The notes below the pieces were generated by a model that saw only the letters and a list, made by a program, of their open reading frames with translations, searched no databases and was not told where the DNA came from. A stretch of DNA of 64,000 nt from a virus: IMG/VR virus record IMGVR_UViG_3300029286_003693, positions 1 to 64,000 of that record. The stretch is one strand, 5' to 3'. This document shows, one piece after another, positions 28,601 to 34,371 of this stretch. Numbering within the stretch: position 1 is the first letter of the stretch; each line of letters begins with the position of its first letter. The position numbers were made by a program, and so were the translations under genes.

Positions 28601-30210
28601 ACACCGGCAGTATCGAGAACTTCTTCTGGAAACCCGAACGTAGTGGCCTTGGCGGCTATTGCATCTGTCAGCCGGTTGAACTCTTTCCGCTGGGGTTCTC
28701 TCGCCTTGCCGGTCGAGATGAGTTTCGTCAGTCCGTAGGCTTTATTGATGTCCGACTGGTAGGCCAAATACTGCTGGTAGAGATCCGGGCTGATGTTTTT
28801 TTCCTTGAATTCGTCCCGCAGAGAGGCCCATCTTGCGACGTCCTCGCCGGTGGCCTCCTCCGATTTCACCACGGCGTCAAGCTTAAAGTATTCCTTGAAC
28901 TTACTTGTCATATCGAAGTCTATGCCGCGCTTTTCCATCTCGGTCGCGAAGGCGTCTCTTGCCGTGGCCAGGGACTTATCCGTTGGTCTTTTATCCGACA
29001 ATTCCTGGGCGTGCTCGTACATGGCCGGGAGGAATTCATTGGGGATCGAGTCGAATCTGTTCTCGGCGACAACGTCCTTAACAAGCTGGGCCGATGCCTT
29101 CGTGTCCATCTTTTCCTTGACGTGCTCGCCCGTGAGCGCCGCGCCGCCCATGACCGTAGTGAGCAGGAGGATGTCGGCGAAAACTTCCTTATTGGACTGT
29201 CTCAGGTCGTCGAAGCTGGTCCATGAGCGCTTTGTCGCGCCGGGATTCAGGCCCATCTCCACGTCGATGTTGTGCTGCCACTGCTGGGTCCAGGTCTCCG
29301 TGGTCTGCTCGGTCGCCTGTTCTGCCAACATCTTTCCGGCAGCCCCCGCACCGTATTTGTCGAGGGCCTTCCCGATAGTCGTCTTCGCGAGCTGCTTGCC
29401 GAAGGCATTCTTGGCCGCTCCGAAAAACAGCTCGAATCCGATCAGGTTCCCGATGGCTTCCGGGATTGCTTCAGAGATGCCCTGCTCGATCAGGGATCCC
29501 TCATTTTTGTCATAGGCTGTCTTCCATTCTTCCGGGGTCAGAACCCGACCAGCCGTTTTCATGCTGGTTTCATTGAGTTTATCGTAAAGGTCTTTCGTTG
29601 AGTTATCCTTCTGCATCCGGTACGCAGCTCCACCCGATGCCGCCATGCCTGCCGCCCGACCCGCGACAAACGAGCCCACGGGGCTGGTAGGCGCCGCTGC
29701 AGTTGCTGCTGCTACGCCCGCACCGAGGCCGGCGCCTGCGCTTACCACCGAAAATGCCGCCTGCTGGGGAAATCTCGTGATCGTCCCCGTGGTGATGTCG
29801 TCAGGAAGGCCGAGTTTCGTGAGCGGTGCGATGACCACCTTGTTATCGGCGTATTTCTTCTGGAAATCCTCGGCGTCCTTGTTGGCCCTGTCGATGATCC
29901 TCGTCAGGAAAGAGTCTTTGTCGGCCACAGCCTCTCGTGATCCGCCCCGGATCGCGCTCGCGGTTGCCCCGGCAATCTGCAAGGGGGTTCTGATCACCGC
30001 CTCGCCGACCGCGCCGACAGTCTCGGCGATCTCCCCCGGTGACGCCAGCTCGTAGCGGGCCGGGGCCGCTGGTGCCTGCTTTACCTCTGCCGGTTTTGAG
30101 ACAGCGTCATAGAAATCCTTCGAGACAGGAGAAGGAATATCCTTCGTGATGTCATCGTAGAAGGACTGGGACAGCGACAGTGGACTTCTTGCGGACGGAT
30201 TCAGCTCCAT
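10690..30210 (-). CDS. 6506-aa polyvalent DarB-like internal virion protein (ART x2, zincin x2/LPD1-like, N6-MTase, SNF2 helicase, PRTase, papain-like, JAB/RadC)
   Basis: AYHGT and MYHGT (ART); AHEWGH, EMWARAFEAY and SHESVH (zincin/LPD1); VLDPATG and NVPF (MTase); GHEVGTGKT, DEAH and EQRNGRGIR (SF2); VDNVISSGAT (PRTase); GGC..H..D (papain-like); HNHPSG...SDAD (JAB). Confidence 0.9.
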   Translation of the reverse strand: MELNPSARSPLSLSQSFYDDITKDIPSPVSKDFYDAVSKPAEVKQAPAAPARYELASPGEIAETVGAVGEAVIRTPLQIAGATASAIRGGSREAVADKDSFLTRIIDRANKDAEDFQKKYADNKVVIAPLTKLGLPDDITTGTITRFPQQAAFSVVSAGAGLGAGVAAATAAAPTSPVGSFVAGRAAGMAASGGAAYRMQKDNSTKDLYDKLNETSMKTAGRVLTPEEWKTAYDKNEGSLIEQGISEAIPEAIGNLIGFELFFGAAKNAFGKQLAKTTIGKALDKYGAGAAGKMLAEQATEQTTETWTQQWQHNIDVEMGLNPGATKRSWTSFDDLRQSNKEVFADILLLTTVMGGAALTGEHVKEKMDTKASAQLVKDVVAENRFDSIPNEFLPAMYEHAQELSDKRPTDKSLATARDAFATEMEKRGIDFDMTSKFKEYFKLDAVVKSEEATGEDVARWASLRDEFKEKNISPDLYQQYLAYQSDINKAYGLTKLISTGKAREPQRKEFNRLTDAIAAKATTFGFPEEVLDTAGVGKGGVVSKPMGPAKGAARDILLEGEPKAKRKNLTATDILMEGDVNIQTEEDITPETLAEIDKKLKIAGTGGARGPLNVTGETPGKILDITKEVKTQDKKTFDLWDTQETGTPPFVRTKVASLFAEGGTAAVLDEYRGEDTVSAYARYRLGMLEKTVVDKKAAEEPAAQGAAQETGLANQIATGNLVEDFTFPEHYSPMDLGGLWDELYTVSEDITAKNKPTIDALAKERDVLKSDRSKEAVARKKQIDEEIGNLRVESQIVTRHAEIAWQYAQEDLARKVVAKLKAEGIEADQDSVYDAIATLADGRMNEQGWQRPLLQQVIDSVKGEEAPAPKSAREKSDEEVKQYRDAGHNINDNGVYNEPEKISIPFSKSSGREGSIRIAEGPDGKFRIGVNISKKYGDYEGSGNAPGIDGTQYDTRAEAIKAGIDIIRSRTKADDPKGKAALAELAKFEKEQSTEIKAAGTGGARGPAPVITETVPSYAERMKNAKSADEGRSLISQYQEEFASIERKAGLKHSIGKGGGGLGSRGYSTLRPAEKSDILKRVTEKDKALGQRLMSLIADIDAAEPHWKNLLKGEQEERHPGLSQQPAEIKAAGTGGARGPKPEIVKAPEAGKAAKPVPTAAEVKSKEEEGKSRIIKKYLLEHLDEAIAARTAYENNKTEDAGPIHVIIDVPMDGKFRILNTKENLEKFKKKVAGMKVTAALNKLPQHSGKPVGKSTDLITKEAEAEVADYWTKRNEFKTRYEGVPAEIEAAQARLERYYEIQRKVDAKEITLKQLGEDAKAAASKESAGTEAWRDSWFGKTPTYADLTGRIKEIEKEIKSLRERIPNLQARIREFYPGLAKEMFEGKATEEAKAPEKIKAAGTGGKRGPKEEKESTASGNEQAEISDRLRAQNAREAEFEYQKKRTALLEGADKVSQAENFSLEDAKRFLSDLDAAPGDDPKARQAILDKYPELTELTKPEAAKADIMKEISEISDEDLDAMLDMPEKKETAPKTTNEAVKNIFAAARDRAAGKIPSAKPAKALDDILADVAKEGIEGAGEALKGLYELFGGSSLKSFPGGFDEDTYAKAKPHFEAALEHFIQVGKGLREFAATIVKQFGDAIRPYIKQFIQEKRDKKEIDHPIREAYHGTSSKLLDDIRKNGLNNPYLAKTRELAQYYAKEAVDEHGGEPVVLRVSVPESSLRYDRASMDEPVKADQQSRNAAWNKAASEHPEWEESGTVSIPEGGWKYSWEGVGSVRHEGNILPEDIAEDGEVINLDENTGEGEGGARTRRKLTEQEKAEKKAKEEAAAEKKARKSAMGEFKNVGYVYDPEKLNQKTKDKTPKSAAKIILDEMVPGKIWTAAFAEEATPGTVRLMTQIQKYFLTFKEYLTESRDRLRYSSGKSIDDKIEHWLNYRGGSIDMLKQWATEYGKTMQPVVDVFNGQTSITNIIGRLQETVLFGARKEDGTFPDYSEARTRLSGLLSTRDYVQRPNSLYNFLTDSWQSLLADENDILLSEIDINKRGRNKTVVRSGLSDYREGVELKKTEDFQAPFGFKGVGFGEEGWINQEERNRVIPAAYDAFKDLAATIGAPDNGMSLGGELAVQFANLGHKAKGAAAAYFPTVQTINFTRDNGDGTMAHEWGHGLQDLAAEDAKTEIEKVVNTFHHVYDFEAGTRLIDDLLAKDSMFLKRMVSSKKQQRIEAVKNEVTSRFEDTVRKDTDYYSTAQQMDPDYTARAQEMWARAFEAYIYDTLQGKNNYLVNDFVAAGRVGGKAGVGTRLVYPAGKERETFNATIKHLLNGLVWDESGKPSLKDDYISIEKANELMLQLQLRYLLDQVEARYTAIWASEPSKDGYYWYRYDDTSFGPMMQPDGYAGHDKGYTSEGQNGTGAVAYLTQLHPDDILDYKLSNIQYEGENPVYIAKERGGIDVGIQEDGTEALEEVPARPDSSPNEGGDVRSGDRGSGGSGLPGTRESGKQRGADGSVEGDSTEGVHPSPAGNYRITDLTLNDPKSVPVRFGLNLSAVKVLNLVESENRTPTDAEKDILAQYSGWGGMSELFAYEPTAAWAGKAELLKAELNDDEVRDAASSSTSAYYTPVPVGTFMWKLAQRLGFTNGVVLDPATGANGLFLGTMPSDLAQGTALQGIEMDGVSARIATQLYGLASIETKSFQDVKKPNNRFDLTITNVPFENFSPSDLKHNKGGYRLHNYFINKMLNLTAPGALSMMITTSNTLDAVGAHLTEFAGKAQLVGAIRLPSGIYSATQVATDILVFRKNIEGGKFVGVPAEEWTTAGTDESTGLTINNYFLKHPEMVAGKLEKITGRYGNEGLRVAPEGDLQSNLERLAAAFPDKIVEREAVKEAKSIDDIISAPGTIKEGGAYINDKGEVCVKEDSEELKLPVATASEQKKAEVVRLYVRVLDQIRTLLRAQKTETDAKVIKEEQVKLKKWYDLFVKKFGPVNDPKNRGVYVDYTDSAWVLALEEHDPDTNKVTKLADIFTKNITAFAARPDRADTDHDALAMALDEFGYPNLEYMARLRSSDVDSVRAGVADKIVENPETGFLETIDEYLSGNVKRKLTVAREMVASSPEYARNVALLEAAQPAEISQHRITARIGASWIDPAHLAEFVRDKMALRHGLHAIFNFSPVSNEWSMSFGGEEHYRGRGKGVGENKAEVQRQIAAAKRSVEATTVWGTQRMDFFELMKCALMGKRPQVTFTVDRKQYLDEVATQAAEVKLQDIQSEFGRWLFAEAGRSDEAVKRFNDLINTSVPMNADGSHLTFPGKGMWMLTPKEKEALGVTDALTFYPHQMNAAWKYLKNGNLYLGHEVGTGKTVTMALIAMEAKRLRGKKKVLYVTLNDSTMGQAVQEIKNLYPMANILPVRVSTNEQRKQRSLQKIALNDFDIAIMRQQDLDRIGLSPESERVFIEEELLELREILEEAKKEGARILEQDIQVQIHALEAKLSAPGVHDEAKRKNLFFDDLGIDLMIVDEAHKYKNIPYATRLTRITGLNPTGSPTAKDFFRKTQYLNAQFPKKDGIVLASGTALSNSIAEMYNIQRMLQPQEVKRQGVWSFDRWIANFGDMGSQLEWDGARGQYKVITTNRRIVNAGRLLATAYQNVDSVRAKDTPVKRPIIRGGEPQRVKVQPNQYVEDYKQIVLERCAAIEADPKNAEYEGVPDNMLRIISNMSKVAIDQRLDHHYANTEMQQDSKIATASKIMYRRWQEEAKHKGVQLVFADLGIPGKYSDKFKYKTEDETSQLAPEDLAIYNEEMFEHESASTGFNTYEGLKKELVKLGIPENQIAFIHDADHSNKEKKAANLRSLFKKVNAGDIRVLIGSTSKAGTGVNIQGRVSDIHHLDVWWNYSAWEQRNGRGIRAGNLYARDGMPGTYIWNYVTETTVDATRWDKVFAKGKVLNAVLGGDVNLDVIEDISDETMSAKMMAAEASGDPLMSTQATLLQKVQGLRFEQAAHLDVVRRSRMDLAAIPGRIEALEKCITDYQRSRSVMGKVTAVRFIGDDRTLVLEKHGKEISEALEKAVMVDTHSWTENKKAALLVFGSHTETEVTEEVEGKDGEKKEKKVKKYTFVPLPAKADITGKERDPYGRRLLISGSILSSDRNLADIQAKQGKEGIVTTADIKANVSRTVTEYLSYLNHSEESAKDAIAELNANAPKLQSVIDTPWAKVDELATNDKELREVEAQMAARGVSVGDPTTGIPIDKYKGVVPVLEDVADKDGWSFHDGIVYPHQNTTIGVRAKTDLSRFLKSGKLKPSIASSYNAPDALNALDGGKPRSPVTKPIAYTVIDNVTKFWVPAGATFVTVDPVEWNLLQRIIGKEGAWHYEARGMGERFLIHVTETGERDAFINAKQESYVPQGVKDIDEKAMKAVSATGGPQYAVGEEGATGGGRMDLKTVQSLFPGQQVAQDGDNFTVTLKNGAQATIYGVAEITPNTVSLNAGYKKGLAAGQFIAGAFDGLDAQGRGVIRIVRENAKVPWTVSHESVHWLEKLGVISESDKATLNARIQKEGKWNKDLSHEENRAKWLADFAKGPQPNQTVLAQIWQKIQDFINRIVGIRTAGMIGRELQSGKIFERETQETSQGEEAYGTGKYDNFGDTAVTDFSEDEAWHDIAYREPTKKAIARLNAWLKDNRYATIRMYHGTDAGIPVMKEGLKPTSARTAKSLQSSHGTVSLSLFPGMAHQFGRLAYAGKEIAIYPVDVLVKNLVPDNDQLRNKRHFGGRTDLGDTLAESIAIGHGAKVRGAVPVDWIRAGEEKSSVKAYDEALSAHAYISPRVKPSLSAQEKTIRENAYGVKGMDPVVLDSVAKEMAALIPEEARKTAILVPIPGHTGDTAANVALAERIAAITGGRLADVLKRAAGQSQRDARVAGRRTMKPVEFGMVSTETLDGDNVFFVDNVISSGATIRAARDAVGGGKGLVYAKSNPKGEKYAIGTADLELPKWLGDKIKQAFRKDAVASILTDAGPIQSGPLDGGCRVLARALKRIEPSGKIITIEGQLKDGTWQAEHYGLELDGGMIDGGGYAASREAWAKRFAKNESLDRPYRITEGEVQSEDVPQDAATEKKLAAALEKELAQDEAYGEPREKQGIAVYEHLPVFAITEKGLTRKPRRALNNNQEVSNGQEVSGTAVVLADNASAAGQGVDDKRKIPAPGGRVLPYVPERGTLPTVKSEPIGTWKSSRRTITTSEDAAVIARDNLLRDAQETLVSIVTDKNGKILAVNQHTIGAPDQSAVYPYFAAGQILNITGASKVWLVHNHPSGQAKLSDADLSVSANIGDLIADAGIESMSIIAITPSRYSDNRWSSEPLPPKEPAIYKLPILGRKFDQSPEGLESIGSQNEFEEFGRLYMKEGGMVLVSAQRQPVALISIDDYSKLRPLHTEILREAEKRNAVDFMIYDAKKTLTKEDIDNLLYFAKNTQLSFTTVRDKDGDHYEKIKEVFESEKNIRTKRVFYSVQKDAIDNASIFPEVNERLKAAKGIQYASLKDRAKDALVTGWEHFTRHFQHLEPETDGAVIDVFRKFQDVPAWAKDETVRQLSGFIGRLSPQGRDVFTMNILLPDMIRDIEDGTLTVEDEAGLPFGYKNRDQVQQDYDHFRAIAEGSTAIMEALDRRNAFMGSLTDQLIQHKLLKEEAANDPAAYFHHQVLAYMNYKENPNWGMSSQDVRTHRKGWQVGRKGSQLDYNTEYVESEFEIISQALTQIETVKSLKEIERLADIKPQLEAEAKDQNMATFYRKTNEEGGDPLADHPDPLLPFRVKIAMGFQKLAKLFTSENDMGSLPMEFDDVIEHIVDQEEQRRAAKEDEIEFDPVPHPRMFALLNYLINHEGPGSMPAAMIFKAIAARNAFIKQIVGKDWVTYRDMIPEGYVAHKPETGSTFYFTNSIADQALNQVLAGHKNLPEAVRQVLARGRDEEWVVKEGISKTLNEFRPAMSDSLPAKMSKSMLTAWKQWILMNPFRVIKYNINNMSGDLDIALAYDPKIITGYFSQAFKDLWAASQGKASEALMDELSGLTKRGVVGSGMTAMDIPELGDVKSVKGLVDFFDGKSKNALSRWWTMSKKLSTLRENILRLAANRYFLDRLAKGDIVYGASRKEEVDAIENRDDKAAKLARELIGDYGNISHAGQYIRERMIPFYSWLEINAPRYVRLFRSLKDEGGGGIGAMGGVLAWKTTKLAVKASALMGLVMLWNAAFFPDEEDELQEAGREQLHMILGRRADGSIITLRFQGALSDALSWFGMGNPVEQAKKVVSGTKGAGDLAKEVVKAAPLRLFQGFRPEPKLLYETLSGQSFFPDPMHPRPIRDTAEHILRTFSLDRIYNQASGKPKQGGTWATQMYRDIQSLALTEADPGEQAYYTSRKYIFDWLDKQGKEKPAAMPTNRSNSLYYYKQALKFGDFGAAEKYLKKYQDMGGKLHDVQGSIRRVHPLASLRLADRYKFKASLSPEQQETLSVATAWYKKHYVDTYREQRTCLNAMPNTL
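22635..22859 (-). CDS. Nested out-of-frame 74-aa TnpV-like protein inside the giant gene
   Basis: AAGGGGTG SD 6 nt before the ATG; FKRMAQRHWKKYLPAL...GTF and KEIVLKEYILLPPE resemble TnpV. The host frame here is a low-complexity linker. Confidence 0.65.
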   Translation of the reverse strand: MLVFKRMAQRHWKKYLPALTAALMKEGTFDQETEAAAEAACLELGNLVSRGAQMEASKEIVLKEYILLPPETTE

Positions 30211-30241
30211 TTACACTACCTCTTGCCGATGTTAATTGGCG

Positions 30242-31354
30242 TTAAAACCCTATGGAAGTAAGCCCCCTTGCTTGCCGGACTGCGACGCGACGTTTCCGTG
30301 CCTCCTCGTCGGCATCGGCTTGCTTCTGGATCGCGACGGCCCTTGCCGGATCATTCGCCTGCGCTACCTGCGCTGGGGTATTGAAAACCCCCAATGCTCT
30401 TTGCCCCATCGCACTCGGGGACATCAGGTTTGATGTCAGGGGTCCTCGCTCGGCGACCGTAGCCCCCACGATCGGAGAACCAGGGAATGGATTCGGTCCA
30501 CCCAGGGGGTTGTCACGGTTATGCCGGTCCACGACTTCCATTTCTGGCCTTACTGGTGGAGCCTGGGCGGCGGGCTGAACCTGCGAGACGAGCGGTCTTA
30601 CGCCGGGGGCCGGAGTGACGGGCGCTACTCCCGCCGCCGGAGTAGCTGCGGCCCCTGGGTTCAGGAGCGCCAGTGCCGCCTGTCTGGTGTCAGCGGGAAG
30701 GGCATTCAAATAGTTCCGTGCTGCGTCAGGGGTCCCAGCCTTTTCGTGTTCTCTGAGAACCCCGACAGCGAATTCCGCTTCGCCGGCCACATTCCTGCTC
30801 TGGGGCGTTGCGGCTGGCCTCGCGAGCCCGGTTTGCTCCATGAGCGACCTTGCCGCGTTCCCGACCTCTGTTGTCGGCTTGCTCGTTTTCGTAACCCCGT
30901 CAACGCCCGTTTGGCTGACCTCCTGTGCGTGCCCGAGGATCGTGCCCAGGGTCGTCAAGTATGCCTTGGTCGTCTCGGTCTCGGCATTGAGTTTCGTCTT
31001 GTTCGTCTCGGTGTCGGCGCTGAGCTTCGCCCTGCTGTTTGCGCCTTCCTCCATGATCTTCTGTTTGTCTTTCGCGTCGAGCCCTTCAAGGCGCTTCTGA
31101 TCAAGCATCCCGCTATTTTTGAGCGTCTGAAGATCATAATCGCCCTTGATCGCGGTCGTCAGCTTTTCCTTCTCCCATTTCAGTTTGTCCTTGTCTCCCG
31201 TGATCTGAGCTTCGAGTTTCCGGTACTCAAGATCCGTCTTATTCGCCTCATTCTTTTCTTCGAGCGACATGGCCCGTTTGCTCATCTCCATGTTGAAGGC
31301 CATCTTCTGCTCGAACAGCGGCATCAGTTTTCCTAAAATGTCATCGAAGTTCAT
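30242..31354 (-). CDS. Putative internal virion (ejection) protein
   Basis: Coiled-coil N-half and Ala/Pro-rich C-half; GGAGG RBS; lies just before the giant protein. Confidence 0.6.
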   Translation of the reverse strand: MNFDDILGKLMPLFEQKMAFNMEMSKRAMSLEEKNEANKTDLEYRKLEAQITGDKDKLKWEKEKLTTAIKGDYDLQTLKNSGMLDQKRLEGLDAKDKQKIMEEGANSRAKLSADTETNKTKLNAETETTKAYLTTLGTILGHAQEVSQTGVDGVTKTSKPTTEVGNAARSLMEQTGLARPAATPQSRNVAGEAEFAVGVLREHEKAGTPDAARNYLNALPADTRQAALALLNPGAAATPAAGVAPVTPAPGVRPLVSQVQPAAQAPPVRPEMEVVDRHNRDNPLGGPNPFPGSPIVGATVAERGPLTSNLMSPSAMGQRALGVFNTPAQVAQANDPARAVAIQKQADADEEARKRRVAVRQARGLTSIGF

Positions 31355-31372
31355 GGTCGCGCCTCCTATCGG

Positions 31373-32755
31373 TTACGGTTTATAAAACGACATTGGTAAA
31401 ATCAGCATTTTCGGATTGACCACGTATGCCTGATTGGATGGGGTCTCCTTCTCCATCTTCTCGCGGGCGATCAGGTCCTCCATCTCTTTCCACTTGAAGT
31501 TCCCCTTCGTCTGATCCAGGAATCGGTCAAGATCGTTGATCCGCAAGATCGACACGCGGTCCCCCACGCGGTACTCGTAAAAATCAGAGGCTGAGACGCA
31601 GACCTCCACCCCTCTTACAACGCACCTATAAGCCAGCCCGAACGAACCTTCGGGGGGTTGTAGGATCTCCGTGACGACCCCGGATGTATAGTGGTTGGTC
31701 TCGAACCAGTTGCCCGAGTAGAGGAGGGGGGATGTTTTCTGGAACCACCACACATGGGCTGGCCACGGCTTTGCCAGCAGTCCAATGAACTCGCCCGGCA
31801 GCGGCCACTTTGCGTCCCGGCGCAGGTAGTATCGAAACGAATGGAACGGGAGTATCTTGTCGTACCCCGCAAACGGCTCCGCGGGGTATTCGGCATCACG
31901 GCTCTCTATGAGATAGCCCTTGTTGACGAGATGCACCCCCGGACAATCTCCCTTTACGTCCGTCATGGGGGACATGAGCCCATCGAGAGGCTGGTCCGTT
32001 ACGCATTTCCACCCTTCCGGGTTTTCAATCCTTACTGTTCCGTCCGGGGTGAAAGGGACCTCGTTCGTCAGCATGTCGTCCATGCTTTCGGAGAAGACGG
32101 ACAGGACCTCCATGACACCCAGCGGCCCCACGGGAAACGACAAGAGCCCGCTATAAAGCTGTCCCAGGCTTGCTTCCGATTTACTTTTGACGCCTTCCTC
32201 GACCGATGCTTTCGGACCCTTAGACGGGAACTCGGTATTGCGGTTGAGCATCCACGTCTCAAACCGCATCTCCCGGATGACCGGGGGAGCATGATCCGCA
32301 TCAAAGCCGGTTCGCATCTCATGCGCGTTGAAATAGGCATGGATGTCTTCGTAGCTCTGGAGGCTCTTTAATGGTTTGATGTTGTCGAGCCGGGTCAGAT
32401 ACTTTGCAAGGAAGCCGAGGATCTTCTCCGCGTTTCCCTGATAGTTCTCCCCTCGGAACGGGAGGATCGATGCACCGATGGCCAGATACCAGATGTCGGA
32501 CGCGACCGGGAGGGAGAGCTTCACGTCGTACCCGGTATCCGGGCCGGTTCGGGTTCGGTCCCCAACATCCATGACCAACAACCGGCTGAAATCATACTCG
32601 GGCAAGACCGCAGCAAACATATCATGGAGGCGTCTCTGCATCCCCTGGCCGGGAGACCCCACCGCGGAGCCGACCTGGTTCCCTGCAAGTGTGCGCTCAC
32701 GGGTGCTCCGCTTCGCGAGTTCCTGTATTCGCTCTTGAACTTCCGTTAAATCCAT
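31373..32755 (-). CDS. Phage hypothetical/virion protein
   Basis: TAATG-coupled start at 32755; long ORF within the operon. Confidence 0.65.
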   Translation of the reverse strand: MDLTEVQERIQELAKRSTRERTLAGNQVGSAVGSPGQGMQRRLHDMFAAVLPEYDFSRLLVMDVGDRTRTGPDTGYDVKLSLPVASDIWYLAIGASILPFRGENYQGNAEKILGFLAKYLTRLDNIKPLKSLQSYEDIHAYFNAHEMRTGFDADHAPPVIREMRFETWMLNRNTEFPSKGPKASVEEGVKSKSEASLGQLYSGLLSFPVGPLGVMEVLSVFSESMDDMLTNEVPFTPDGTVRIENPEGWKCVTDQPLDGLMSPMTDVKGDCPGVHLVNKGYLIESRDAEYPAEPFAGYDKILPFHSFRYYLRRDAKWPLPGEFIGLLAKPWPAHVWWFQKTSPLLYSGNWFETNHYTSGVVTEILQPPEGSFGLAYRCVVRGVEVCVSASDFYEYRVGDRVSILRINDLDRFLDQTKGNFKWKEMEDLIAREKMEKETPSNQAYVVNPKMLILPMSFYKP

Positions 32756-34359
32756 TACTTGGCTGCCCCTATCTGGTGCGTCAGGGTATTCACGATATTC
32801 GCCTTTCTCATGATCTCTGCCGCCTTTTCCGCTCCGGCGATCTTCTCCGCATTTGCCCATACACGAGCCTCGTCGTAAGCCGCTCTGTTGTCTGCATTCT
32901 TCTCGATCATGTTCGCTTCAATGATATGGTTGGCCGTTTCCAGGGCCGTGATGGCGTCCGACGTTTTCGCCTTTTCGTCGTAACTCAGGTGACGGTTTTC
33001 GTACTCGGCAACAGCGTGCTGATTCCTCATCTCCTGGCTTGCGAGATCGGCGTTCTTCTCACCCTCGATGGCCTGTGCGAGTTTCGGGATCGTATCGGTA
33101 ATCTCGACTTCGGCGGCTTCAATCCGCTGATCGATAAGGGGGCCTTTCTCTTTCAGGAGTTCTGTTTCCTGGGCATAGGCGGTGGTCTCGGCCTGGGCGA
33201 CCGCAAGCTCCGACTCGACAAGGGACTCGGCTTCTTTTTGGGCCTTCAGCCGGGCGGTGTCCGCCTCTGTCTGTGCCACCCTGATAGGGACCTCCGCAGT
33301 GTCCAGGGCAATCCTACCGATGTCTGCCTCCAAGCCAGTCTTGCGGACATCGACCTCCTGGCAGTCGAAATCGAGGCGGCCAATATCGGATTCCAGCATG
33401 GTCTTCTTGACTTCAACCTCGCTGATATCGAAGTCGGTACGAACGATGTCAGATTCAAGCAGGATCTTTTTGACATCGACTTCCGCGGTGTCCAAGCCCA
33501 GCCGGCTGATATCCGAATTCAAACCCGCCTTTTTGATATCAACTTCCGCCGTTTCCAGCTCAAGGCGGTCAATGTCTGAATCCAACCCCGCCAACTGAAC
33601 GTCCACTTCTGCGGTATCGAATTCAATGCGTCCAATGTCTGACTGGAGTGTAGCCTTCCGGGCCTCTACCTCCGCGATGTCCAGGGTAATCCGGCCAATA
33701 TCGGCTTCCAGTTCTGTTTTCCGGACGCCAACAGCGGCCAGTCTGTAGGCGGCATCTGCAATCTGCGCCTGGATCTCCAGCGCCCGGATGCCGGTCTCGA
33801 TGACATCGAGTTCGGCCTTCTGCGTGATCAACTGCTGTCGGGTGATCTCGGCTTCGACATGGGCACTGTCCAGCGTCTGCTCCTCTATCTTTGCCTCCAA
33901 CTCCTTGATAAGGGTGTTGGCCTTGCTCTGGGCCACTTCAAGTTCCGTGATCTTGGTTGCGAGCGCCTGCCGGTCAGACTCCAGGGCCTCAATCTTCGCA
34001 TCGACTTCAGATACTTTCTGCGCAACCTTTCGTTCCTGATTGGCCAACGCCGCATCCTTCGCGGCAAGGCTCTGATCTTCGATGTATCGTTTCGCTGTGA
34101 TATCGATAACCGAGCGCCGCTCGTCGGCAGTCAATTCCGCCATGGCCTGGTCGTAAGCAAGAACCATTTGTGCGAGGGTCTCGTAGGTGATCTCTTTTAG
34201 GTAGTTGTACCCGTGAAGGTACGCCCCGGAATAGACCCCAAAGACAACAGCCCGGTCTGAAATATGCATGGCCAGTAACCCAGGGACTTGATATTGAAAG
34301 GCAGGCCATATCGACCGACCCCGAACCAAACCTCTATCCAGCACAGCCTGTACCGTCAT
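32755..34359 (-). CDS. Coiled-coil virion protein with about 7 x 21-aa repeats
   Basis: DIGR..LDTAEVDV.K..LES repeats; AAGGAG RBS. Confidence 0.7.
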   Translation of the reverse strand: MTVQAVLDRGLVRGRSIWPAFQYQVPGLLAMHISDRAVVFGVYSGAYLHGYNYLKEITYETLAQMVLAYDQAMAELTADERRSVIDITAKRYIEDQSLAAKDAALANQERKVAQKVSEVDAKIEALESDRQALATKITELEVAQSKANTLIKELEAKIEEQTLDSAHVEAEITRQQLITQKAELDVIETGIRALEIQAQIADAAYRLAAVGVRKTELEADIGRITLDIAEVEARKATLQSDIGRIEFDTAEVDVQLAGLDSDIDRLELETAEVDIKKAGLNSDISRLGLDTAEVDVKKILLESDIVRTDFDISEVEVKKTMLESDIGRLDFDCQEVDVRKTGLEADIGRIALDTAEVPIRVAQTEADTARLKAQKEAESLVESELAVAQAETTAYAQETELLKEKGPLIDQRIEAAEVEITDTIPKLAQAIEGEKNADLASQEMRNQHAVAEYENRHLSYDEKAKTSDAITALETANHIIEANMIEKNADNRAAYDEARVWANAEKIAGAEKAAEIMRKANIVNTLTHQIGAAK

Positions 34360-34371
34360 CTCGATTCTCCT

